23,020 nucleotides of DNA from Fidelibacterota bacterium (GTDB lineage: Bacteria; Fidelibacterota; Marinisomatia; Marinisomatales; S15-B10). Positions within the stretch are counted from its first letter, which is position 1. Every line of letters starts with the position of its first letter. The stretch spans positions 1 to 23,020 of the forward strand of contig JBHIAI010000015.1 of the NCBI GenBank assembly GCA_046861655.1, given 5' to 3'. The notes under the pieces are model-generated. The model was not told the DNA's origin and ran no database searches. It saw nothing but the letters and a program-made list of their open reading frames with translations. The position numbers and the translations under genes are program-made. Shown in pieces: positions 1-7,944 of the stretch.

Positions 1-17
1 ATACCAGCAAGTTTCAC
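1..17 (-). CDS. Possible 5' end of a divergent CDS (GTG start, MKLAG...), truncated by the window edge
   Basis: Minus strand AGGAaccccgGTGAAACTTGCTGGT: SD-like AGGA 6 nt before a GTG, downstream of the promoter at 56-84. Only 5 codons are visible. Confidence 0.25.
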
Positions 18-55
18 CGGGGTTCCTGTTGAGAACCGAATGAACGTTCTGAGAA

Positions 56-84
56 AAAGTAGTAAGGAAACGGCCTGTTGTCAA
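56..84 (-). promoter_or_regulatory. Putative sigma70 promoter for a divergent gene running off the left edge
   Basis: Minus strand reads TTGACA (84-79), 17 nt, TACTTT (61-56): perfect -35, canonical spacer and a TAnnnT -10. Confidence 0.6.
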
Positions 85-140
85 TAGTCCGTGAACCGGG
101 TGTGGCGGGACTCACATTTCCTCCCGGAAGACATTTTTGA

Positions 141-169
141 TTGCCCCTGGAAGGGACGTTCGGTAAGTT
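141..169 (+). promoter_or_regulatory. Putative sigma70 promoter for the lpxH-like operon
   Basis: TTGCCC (141-146), 17 nt, TAAGTT (164-169), with 8 nt between the -10 and ATG 178. Confidence 0.45.
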
Positions 170-177
170 TTCTCGGA

Positions 178-909
178 ATGAACCTTCCCCTTTTTTTTGT
201 CTCCGACATTCACTTGAGACTGTCCCCTTCGGAAGACGAAAAAACCAAGCGTGACCAACTCATAGCCTTCATCGATCATGTGGTTGATAAGGAGGGAACC
301 CTGTTCATCGTGGGGGATTTGTTTGATTTCTGGTTCGAATACAAGTTCGTGATGCCAAAAGCCTATTTTGATGTTTTGACTGCGCTGTACAGGGCCAGGT
401 TAAAAGGGGTCGACATATTCTTCGTTCCCGGTAATCACGATTTCTGGTTCCTTGATTTCATGCAGAAAAATATTTTCAGTGATATTTCTTCGGATGGATA
501 TTCCATCGAAGTGAGTGGGAAGAAATTCGAAATCCTCCACGGAGACGGACTCCTGTCCTGGGACAGAAGCTATCGCCTGCTTCGAGGATTGTTGCACAGC
601 CGGATCTTCGTTTCCCTGTACCGATGGCTCCATCCCGACATTGGCTACGTCATCGGCCGGGCCATCTCCCGGTCCGGGAGGCACCATGTTCACACTCAGG
701 AGTATAACGATGCTGTGATTGGCGAACTCAAGGAATTTGCCGGAACCTATTTCCAGGACGGTACCGACTTTGTCATCATGGGACACTACCATCAGGTCAG
801 AAAGGTGGATCTCGGAAACGGAACCCTGATAGTCCTCGGGGACTGGATACGGTATAGATCCTTCGGATACTTTGATGGCCGCGAGTTATCCCTTAACTAC
901 TGGCGCTGA
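178..909 (+). CDS. lpxH: UDP-2,3-diacylglucosamine diphosphatase-like calcineurin-family metallophosphoesterase (GNHD type)
   Basis: Motifs SDIH, GDLFDFWFEY, PGNHD, LHGD, MGHYH and LGDW. ATG 178 is preferred over GTG 91 because the first motif follows immediately and a promoter-like sequence lies at 141-169. Confidence 0.8.
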   Translation: MNLPLFFVSDIHLRLSPSEDEKTKRDQLIAFIDHVVDKEGTLFIVGDLFDFWFEYKFVMPKAYFDVLTALYRARLKGVDIFFVPGNHDFWFLDFMQKNIFSDISSDGYSIEVSGKKFEILHGDGLLSWDRSYRLLRGLLHSRIFVSLYRWLHPDIGYVIGRAISRSGRHHVHTQEYNDAVIGELKEFAGTYFQDGTDFVIMGHYHQVRKVDLGNGTLIVLGDWIRYRSFGYFDGRELSLNYWR

Positions 910-913
910 TGGA

Positions 914-2080
914 ATGGTAACAACCTTCCTGTCCTTCAGGATTCCCGTTCGGACCCTTTCCCTGCTGGTCCTTCTGACAGGGGTTTTGACCCTCGCCTCC
1001 TGTTCGCTGGTGAGGGATCTATTCTCCCGGGAAGAAGAAGCTGAAGTGACACTGGGATATGTAGAAGAGCTTCGTCTGGCGTACATGGGCCGGGACATGG
1101 ATGCCCTCAAGGAACTGATCGCGATTTTCGAGGACAAAAACCAGCCCCTGGACGTCCGAATGGCCGCCGTTAGAGCCGCGGGAGAAAGCCGGCATCCCCT
1201 GGCCCTGGAATCTCTGACGAGCTATGTCCAGGCAGCCGAGGCCCTGGAACTGGACCTGATGTTGGCCAGCATTGAAGTACTGAGCGACTTTCAGGACGAT
1301 CCCAGAGCCTCCGAGGCCCTGGTAGAATCCATATTTGCCATCGATGAAAAACTGAGGGGACTCCAGGAAGCCGTGTTCGATAACCTGAAAAACGTGAAGA
1401 AGGAGGACCAGGTTCTCGTACTTCTTGACATCTACGAACGGAGCCGGGCGAACTTCCACCGGACAGCCCTGATGGTATCCAGGACACTCGGGAAAATGGA
1501 CAGGGACGAAGTGGTTCCCATTCTTGTGTTCATCGCGAACGACCGGTCCCTCGACATCAAGATTCGCAACCGGGCTCTCGACATTCTTGCCCAGAAAAAG
1601 GACAGCCCGGAAGTTGTGGCCATGTTTGTGGACATGCTGACCGATCCGACCCTGGAGGGACAAATCAGAGATTTTGCTCTACGCACCATGAAGGACGTGA
1701 AGGAGGAGAGGCTGATTCTCGCCCTCCTGGAAACCTACACCCATGGTAGGGAGTCCTACTATTCGCTCTTGAATACGCTGGTGGAGGCCCTGGGAAACTT
1801 TGATGATCCTGCGGTGAAACCGGTCCTGGTGGAGATCGCCCTGACCCAGGATGTACCCCGGAACTTGAGAATCAAGGCTCTACAGAATCTTGCGAATTTT
1901 GCCGACCCGGATGTCTTCCCCCAGATCCTTCCACTCCTGGAACAGGCTGACAATTATGTATATTATCCTTATGTCATGGAACTGGCTAAGGGCCTGGGAG
2001 TGGTTGAGCAATACAAGAGCGAACTCAGGGAGGCGGCTCTGGTGGCCCAGGAAAAAGCCCTGGAATCGCAAAAGGAATAA
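914..2080 (+). CDS. HEAT-repeat (alpha-solenoid) lipoprotein, function unknown
   Basis: Signal peptide with lipobox LASC (Cys codon 1001-1003). HEAT-like units include VRMAAVRAAG, VVPILVFIA..IRNRALDILA and VKPVLVEIA..LRIKALQNLA. ATG 914 lies 4 nt after the lpxH stop; the ORF track starts at 872. Confidence 0.8.
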   Translation: MVTTFLSFRIPVRTLSLLVLLTGVLTLASCSLVRDLFSREEEAEVTLGYVEELRLAYMGRDMDALKELIAIFEDKNQPLDVRMAAVRAAGESRHPLALESLTSYVQAAEALELDLMLASIEVLSDFQDDPRASEALVESIFAIDEKLRGLQEAVFDNLKNVKKEDQVLVLLDIYERSRANFHRTALMVSRTLGKMDRDEVVPILVFIANDRSLDIKIRNRALDILAQKKDSPEVVAMFVDMLTDPTLEGQIRDFALRTMKDVKEERLILALLETYTHGRESYYSLLNTLVEALGNFDDPAVKPVLVEIALTQDVPRNLRIKALQNLANFADPDVFPQILPLLEQADNYVYYPYVMELAKGLGVVEQYKSELREAALVAQEKALESQKE

Positions 2081-2082
2081 CC

Positions 2083-3675
2083 GTGGCGGGCCTCCCCTCT
2101 TTTCGCCGAATCCTGTTTCTCCTTCTGTTCTCGGCGGGCATGGTGGGGGGATGTGCGCCCAAAATGCCTTCGTTGACGGCATCTGAAACCCGCGATGAGA
2201 CTCGCCGTTCCGGAGGAGCTCCCCAGGAAAAAGTAGGTTTCTTCGAGACGGTACAAAGAACTCGGAATGACATAGCCTCGCTGATGGTATTCACGGAGAC
2301 CCGGGTCGAAGCCACATTCGCCGCCGCAGAAGATTCATCCCTTTCTGAAGAGGAACGCTCCGGACTCGCCGCCCTGACAGAGCAGGAGAATGCCACGTTC
2401 CAGGATTTCCTGTCCGCACTGGATGCCTTTATCCGGCTCATTCCCGAAGGCGGAACCATGGACCGGAATCTGACGAAAGGGAGGACCAAGGCCGCGGCCA
2501 AATACGAATCCTACGAAAAAGCTTTCGAGGCTGGAATGGCCGATCAATTCCTGGACGCCCTCGAAAAGACCGCCATCGAATCGAATGCCCGCAGTCTGTC
2601 AAAAGAACTCCAGTTTATTGAATCCTCCCTCCCCCTCCCCCTGGACAGTCTCCAGGTGGGGCCCACTTTCGTGGTGGAGGCCGATTCCGTCGATCTTTTC
2701 TTCGAAGTGGTGAAGGACATTGAAGACATGACCCAGGAACTCCTGGATCTTAGGGCGTCCATCCGTGAATATCAGCTGGCCAAGACCCAGATGGATGCCT
2801 TTCGAGAGAGGGAACGGGTCCTGGCCGAAGAGATCGAAAAAAGCAAAAAGCAACTCAAAGACCTGAAGGCCGGACTCGATACCACCAGGATGAAGCAGGA
2901 GAAGGCTGTGTCTAACCTTGAGTCATCCATCAGGTCCAAATCCGATTCCCTGGGATTGGCCATTCGCCGGACCGATGAAGCCATCCAATCCGATATCAAA
3001 AGCTTCGCCACCGGGATTGCCGACACGATCACCGCCCAGAGACGGCAGTCTGACAGCCTCTTCTTCAAGATGGACATGGGTCTGGACCTGGTCCGGGAAG
3101 AAATAGACTCCCTGAAAGGGGTGGTCCGATACTACGACATCGCCCAGAAGGGATTACCGGAGCTGGACGAGGACGTCCTCAGCATCCTCAAACTCCCTGC
3201 CCTTCGTCATAAGATTATCCTGCGCAACGGCACCGTTGTGGTGGGACAGATTCTTGCGGAAGACATGGATGCCATCGTGATGCAAACCACCATCGGAAAA
3301 CTGGTCATCGATAAGGACGAGATCGCCAGGTATGAAGAGAAATTCTTTCCCGGAGCCAGGGTTGAATTCGAGGGGGACTACCGGATCACCGAGTATCCTG
3401 ACCGCGAGGAATTCACGGGTAGGGTGAGAAACGTGGGTCAGAAAAGGGCGGATTTCGTCAAGGTTTCGTTTTTCCTGTGGGATTCGTCCACCAATCCTGT
3501 AGGGGTGGGTTCATCTTTCGTAGATGGGCATTCCGCCCGATTCGCCACCGGTGTCATCACCGACGCGTCCATCCCACCCGGAGAAACGGCTACCTATCGC
3601 GTGACGGTCCAGAAGCAACCCGGAAAAAAGGTGGCCTACCGTACCCGGGACGTAAAATGGCGGACCTATGAATAG
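2083..3675 (+). CDS. Hypothetical lipoprotein: helical N-domain, long coiled coil, small beta domain and C-terminal FxLYD-like Ig-fold domain
   Basis: Basic plus hydrophobic signal peptide ending VGGC (Cys codon 2152-2154). Heptad-rich aa ~205-350. C-terminal pattern GRVRNVG..VKVSFFLWD..IPPGETATY. GTG start 2 nt after the upstream stop, with AAGGA upstream. Confidence 0.75.
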   Translation: MAGLPSFRRILFLLLFSAGMVGGCAPKMPSLTASETRDETRRSGGAPQEKVGFFETVQRTRNDIASLMVFTETRVEATFAAAEDSSLSEEERSGLAALTEQENATFQDFLSALDAFIRLIPEGGTMDRNLTKGRTKAAAKYESYEKAFEAGMADQFLDALEKTAIESNARSLSKELQFIESSLPLPLDSLQVGPTFVVEADSVDLFFEVVKDIEDMTQELLDLRASIREYQLAKTQMDAFRERERVLAEEIEKSKKQLKDLKAGLDTTRMKQEKAVSNLESSIRSKSDSLGLAIRRTDEAIQSDIKSFATGIADTITAQRRQSDSLFFKMDMGLDLVREEIDSLKGVVRYYDIAQKGLPELDEDVLSILKLPALRHKIILRNGTVVVGQILAEDMDAIVMQTTIGKLVIDKDEIARYEEKFFPGARVEFEGDYRITEYPDREEFTGRVRNVGQKRADFVKVSFFLWDSSTNPVGVGSSFVDGHSARFATGVITDASIPPGETATYRVTVQKQPGKKVAYRTRDVKWRTYE

Positions 3676-5568
3676 GGGTTGGGATGTAGGTCCCTCCTCA
3701 AGCAGAACTGCCCATCGATTCACTCTTTCCTTCGGGATCCCGTAATCCCGGTACAATCCCTTCTTGAATAACGTCAGGTTGACCTGATGAGTAAGGGTCA
3801 GATGATGAACTCGCAGGACGAGATGTTCGGTCCGAGTCAGGGTCCTTACCATACTCCTGCCCACCGGAATGATCCATTCAAATTGGACCGTCCGATCCCT
3901 GGCGGTCTCCTTCCACACCGCAGCATCGTCTTTGGACGCCTGAAACACGATGGAGTCCCCGTCCATCAGAATGATGTCCTCGGCCCCTACCGGGCCTGAC
4001 CCCTCAAACACGAAGAAAAAATGTCCCTCCCCTGACGCCCCCCTCTCTTCCTTCCTCAGACGAAACTGAAGTTCGGAAACCAGCTGCCCGTGATAGGGTT
4101 TCCCCGGGTAGGCGTGTGCATCGTACAGGTACCCATAATTCTCCTCAACGATCGTTTCACCTCTATCGTTCTTCCTTTCCACGAGCATGTACTGGATGTC
4201 CCAGTATTCGGGAGTGTTTACGAAATTCTCCAGAATGACGAGATTGAAGTCTTCATGGACGCGGTCCAACCGGTCCGCTTGATCCATGTACAATTCCCAT
4301 GTCTGGTCGAAGGTCTTTTTTGCTTCTCGCAGCTCGTCCAGCTCAAGATCGTCCGGACTGATCATCTCGGCTGAGGCTTCGATAATCTGCTGTCGTGTAG
4401 TCACGACATCCACCACCAATCGTTCCAGACCGTTCACAAACGCCGCCACTTCCTGGTAGGCATCCTTGAGCTCCGGGTACGGAGGGCGGTTCAAGGAAGC
4501 GCTGTCACGGGAACGACTCATAAGGGATGTCATTCGAAGACTGTCGACGCTCCATGCCTGCGTCACTTCTTCCTCACGTTTCGACAGCTGAGCCAGGGCT
4601 TCATCCATGTCTGCGACCATCTTCCGAACGGTCTCAAGGAGATTCAGGGCGTTCCCAAGCTCTCTCCCCCATTTCTCACCTTTCTCCAGGTATTCTTCCA
4701 CCTCTCCCGGTAAGACGGACCTCTCATTGTCTACAGACCGGTAGAGGTCTCGAACCCGGTTCTCATCTCCGGAAACGGCCACACCGGCGAGAAGGTAATC
4801 CAGCCGGTCAGCCAGGGACGTGAGGGAATCCATCCGGACATCCAAGGTTTCGATCGTTTCTTCCAGGAGCCTCCGGATGGAATCGGCCCGGGTATACAGG
4901 GTGAACCGTTTCAGGGTGGTGTCCACGGTTCCAAACTGGCGGATCATCGTCTCCCATTCCACCGTCCATCTGGACACATTCCTATCCAACGACTTGACGG
5001 TACTCTCCAGGTCCCGGCTGGTCTCCATCACCCCCTCAATCTCTTGTTCAAAGGATGAAAAGGTCTCATAGGCCTGGTCCATGTGCTCCAATTCCGTCCG
5101 GGCCACGTCAAGATTCTGTTCCAGCGACAAAGCCAGGTTCCGGGCTGTTTCCCAGCCATCGTCTTCCTGGGCAATCACATCTACCGACCTCAACAGGCCC
5201 CTGGAAAACAATCTGGCGTAATCCTTCCGGGCTTCAGCCAAATTCAGCACGGTGTCATTGAGTTTTTTGACCGATTGGCGGTAGGTCCAAAAATCCCTTT
5301 CCACGGAAAGGAAGAAAGGGGAGCGACGAGTATCCTCAGGAAACAGGCCCTTGAGGATCTTTTCCACTTGCCGGTATTGACGCTCTGCGGCCCTGGCCGA
5401 AGAAATCGCATCCACCACCTCGTTTTCAAACTGGGCTTTGTAGAATGCCTGGTTTCGGCCGGAAGGCTCCTCGAAAGGGACACTCACACCGAACTGAAAG
5501 ATGACCATACCTGTTGCCACCGTTCGGCCTGACCATCTGAGAAACGGGGTGGGTTGAGAGGGAATCAT
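3511..5568 (-). CDS. Hypothetical protein with ~400 aa of amphipathic helical repeats and a beta-rich C-terminal domain; true 3' end uncertain
   Basis: 685-codon ORF co-oriented with argF, with natural E/R/L-rich helical composition. The last 55 codons overlap the convergent gene and do not look protein-like. Confidence 0.7.
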   Translation of the reverse strand: MIPSQPTPFLRWSGRTVATGMVIFQFGVSVPFEEPSGRNQAFYKAQFENEVVDAISSARAAERQYRQVEKILKGLFPEDTRRSPFFLSVERDFWTYRQSVKKLNDTVLNLAEARKDYARLFSRGLLRSVDVIAQEDDGWETARNLALSLEQNLDVARTELEHMDQAYETFSSFEQEIEGVMETSRDLESTVKSLDRNVSRWTVEWETMIRQFGTVDTTLKRFTLYTRADSIRRLLEETIETLDVRMDSLTSLADRLDYLLAGVAVSGDENRVRDLYRSVDNERSVLPGEVEEYLEKGEKWGRELGNALNLLETVRKMVADMDEALAQLSKREEEVTQAWSVDSLRMTSLMSRSRDSASLNRPPYPELKDAYQEVAAFVNGLERLVVDVVTTRQQIIEASAEMISPDDLELDELREAKKTFDQTWELYMDQADRLDRVHEDFNLVILENFVNTPEYWDIQYMLVERKNDRGETIVEENYGYLYDAHAYPGKPYHGQLVSELQFRLRKEERGASGEGHFFFVFEGSGPVGAEDIILMDGDSIVFQASKDDAAVWKETARDRTVQFEWIIPVGRSMVRTLTRTEHLVLRVHHLTLTHQVNLTLFKKGLYRDYGIPKERVNRWAVLLEEGPTSQPLFIGPPFYVPGTVGHLFSGLLLDRHAIGSRFSGWDGRVGDDTGGESGGMPIYER

Positions 5569-5578
5569 GGACGTGTAG

Positions 5579-5596
5579 CCACGGGGAATCCCGCGG
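5579..5596 (-). other. GC-rich stem-loop between argF and the hypothetical gene, with no U-tract
   Basis: Minus strand CCGCGGG-ATTC-CCCGTGG gives a 7-bp stem with one G-U pair in a 37-nt gap. Confidence 0.35.
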
Positions 5597-5605
5597 GGAG
5601 GGTCG

Positions 5606-6526
5606 TCAGTCCCCAGATCCTGCCAGGATAACCGTGATAGCTTTCTGCACGTGTAGTCGGTTCTCGGCCTGATCGAAAACGATGGAATCCTTTCCCTCGA
5701 GAACCGCGTCGGTCACCTCCTCACCGCGGTGAGCGGGCAGACAGTGCATGAAACGGGCCTGGTCCCCGGCCGCTGACATAAGCTCCTCGGTTACCTGAAA
5801 GGAGCGGAACGCTTTTTCCCTCCGATTCGTGTCGGACTCCTGGCCCATACTGATCCATACATCGGTGTACACTACGTCCGCACCTGGGACCGCCTCGAGG
5901 GGATCCCGGACCAGGAAAATCTCGCTGGTGCCGCTCTCCCTGGCCGATGCCAGGGTTTTCTCATCCGGGTCGTATCCTTGAGGACACGCCAGGGTCAGAG
6001 TCATGGGGATTCGCCGTGAAAGATTGAGCCAGGAGTTGGCCACGTTATTTCCGTCTCCCACATAGGCCACTTTCAGGTCATCCAGATTATGCCGGTGCTC
6101 CTTGATGGTAAAGATATCGGCCATCACCTGGCAGGGGTGATTGTAGTCGGACAGGCCGTTGATGACTGGGACTGAAGCCCATCTGGCCAGGTCTATGATT
6201 GTGATATGGCCAAAGACTCGGGCCATGATAAGATCGTTATAGCGGGAAACCACCCTGGCGACGTCCTTTGTTTCCTCTCGCTCTCCCATCCCTATGTCCG
6301 ACGGTCCCAGATAGAGGGCGTGGCCCCCGAGTTGACTCATTCCTGTTTCGAAAGAAATACGGGTCCGGGCGGACGGTTTCTGGAAAATCATGGCCAGGGT
6401 TTTCCCTTTGAGCAGGGGATGCTCTTTGCCTGCCCGGGTGTCTGCCTTCAATCTGGCGGCCAGGTCGAGGACCGAGTAGATTGTACCGGCATCGAAGTCC
6501 GTTATGTGGAGAAAATCCTGTTTCAC
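5606..6526 (-). CDS. argF: Ornithine carbamoyltransferase
   Basis: Motifs FQKPSARTRISFE, NGLSDYNHPCQ, GDGNNV, DVWISMGQE, FMHCLPAHRG and QAENRLH. GTG start. Confidence 0.95.
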   Translation of the reverse strand: MKQDFLHITDFDAGTIYSVLDLAARLKADTRAGKEHPLLKGKTLAMIFQKPSARTRISFETGMSQLGGHALYLGPSDIGMGEREETKDVARVVSRYNDLIMARVFGHITIIDLARWASVPVINGLSDYNHPCQVMADIFTIKEHRHNLDDLKVAYVGDGNNVANSWLNLSRRIPMTLTLACPQGYDPDEKTLASARESGTSEIFLVRDPLEAVPGADVVYTDVWISMGQESDTNRREKAFRSFQVTEELMSAAGDQARFMHCLPAHRGEEVTDAVLEGKDSIVFDQAENRLHVQKAITVILAGSGD

Positions 6527-6593
6527 GGGCTACCGGGTTCTAGCTCAGGCTAAAGTTTGTGACGGGCCACTGCCGTCGCCTACTGCCCACGGA

Positions 6594-7937
6594 TTAAAGG
6601 ATATACCGGCTCAGGTCCTGGTCCTTCACGATGTGCCGGAGCTTTGATTGCACCATCTTCTTGGTGATGGATATGGTTTCCGCCACTCCGGAAGATTTTT
6701 CAAACAGGATATCTTCCAGGAGGGTGGTCATGACGGTATGAAGCCGTCTGGCCCCGATGTTTTCGGTGGACTCGTTGACGTCGGTGGCAATCCGGGCGAT
6801 TTCATCGATGGCCCCTTGGGTAAATTTGAGTTTGATACTCTCTGTCTCCAGAAGGGCAGTGTACTGTTTGATCAGGGCGTTGTCCGGGTGAGTCAGAATC
6901 TTCACGAAATCCTCCGTGGTGAGAGTATCCATTTCCACCCGGATGGGAAATCGTCCCTGGAGTTCAGGGATCATGTCTGAGGGCTTGGAGGCATGGAAGG
7001 CCCCCGCTGCGATGAACAGGACATGGTCCGTCTTGACCACTCCGTACTTGGTGATGACATTGCTGCCTTCCACAATGGGAAGTATGTCCCGCTGAACACC
7101 TTCGCGGGAAACGTCTGGACCGACGCCGGCTCTCTCTCCGGCAATCTTATCGATTTCGTCCAGGAACACAATACCGGAATTCTCCACCCGGACTTTTGCC
7201 TCCCGGATGACTTCCTCGTGGTCAATGAGCTTTCCCGCCTCTTCCGCGGCCAGAATCTTTCTGGCTTCCACCACAGTGGTACGCCGCCTCTTGCTTTTCC
7301 TCGGAATCGCGCTCCCGAATATCTCCTGGAGATTAACCCCCATCTCCTCCAGTCCCACGGGACCGAATACCTGCATAAAAGGAACGGTTTCATCGGCTAT
7401 GTCGATTTCCACTATTCTGTGTTCAAACTCACCCGCCATTAGCTTGGTTCGGAGTTTCTCCCGGGTCCGTTTTCGACGCTCCCTCAGTTCCTGACTTTCT
7501 TCTCCCCCCCTGCTCGATCCATTACCGGGAAACAGGATCTCCAGGAGCCGCTCGTTGGCCATCTCCTCCGCTTTAACCGCCACCTTCTCTTGCATCTGCC
7601 GCCTGACCATGGAAACTGCTATGTCCATCAGATCCCGGATGATGGATTCCACGTCCCGCCCCACGTAACCCACTTCTGTGAATTTGGATGCCTCCACCTT
7701 GATGAAGGGAGCATTGGCCAGATTCGCCAGGCGCCGGGCTATTTCCGTCTTTCCCACCCCGGTGGAACCGATGAGGATGATGTTGTTGGGAACGACTTCC
7801 TCCCGGAGATCATCGCTGAGCCGCTGGCGTCGCCAACGGTTCCGGAGGGCGATGGCCACAGATTTCTTGGCGTTCTCCTGACCCACAATGTACCGGTCAA
7901 GTTCCGCCACAATGTCCTTCGGCGTCAGGTCTTTCAT
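6594..7937 (-). CDS. hslU: ATP-dependent protease ATPase subunit HslU (ClpY)
   Basis: [17 protein letters not shown], Walker A GSTGVGKT, pore loop GYVG, Walker [16 protein letters not shown] and C-terminal DLSRYIL. ATG 7937 is preceded by GAGGA. Confidence 0.97.
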   Translation of the reverse strand: MKDLTPKDIVAELDRYIVGQENAKKSVAIALRNRWRRQRLSDDLREEVVPNNIILIGSTGVGKTEIARRLANLANAPFIKVEASKFTEVGYVGRDVESIIRDLMDIAVSMVRRQMQEKVAVKAEEMANERLLEILFPGNGSSRGGEESQELRERRKRTREKLRTKLMAGEFEHRIVEIDIADETVPFMQVFGPVGLEEMGVNLQEIFGSAIPRKSKRRRTTVVEARKILAAEEAGKLIDHEEVIREAKVRVENSGIVFLDEIDKIAGERAGVGPDVSREGVQRDILPIVEGSNVITKYGVVKTDHVLFIAAGAFHASKPSDMIPELQGRFPIRVEMDTLTTEDFVKILTHPDNALIKQYTALLETESIKLKFTQGAIDEIARIATDVNESTENIGARRLHTVMTTLLEDILFEKSSGVAETISITKKMVQSKLRHIVKDQDLSRYIL

Positions 7938-7944
7938 CGTTTCC

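Noticed and set aside
187..198. C4-T8 homopolymer in the first codons of the lpxH-like gene as a phase-variation tract
   Set aside because: The tract is short, in frame, explained by Pro-Leu-Phe-Phe codons, and lies in a probably essential gene.
5606..6526. SART instead of STRT suggesting an N-acetyl/succinyl-ornithine or other carbamoyltransferase
   Set aside because: The DxxxSMG and HCLP ornithine-binding motifs are canonical, so an ordinary OTCase is the best call.
6561..6577. GACGG-N7-CCGTC hairpin after hslU as an intrinsic terminator
   Set aside because: Only a 5-bp stem, with no adjacent U-tract on the minus strand.
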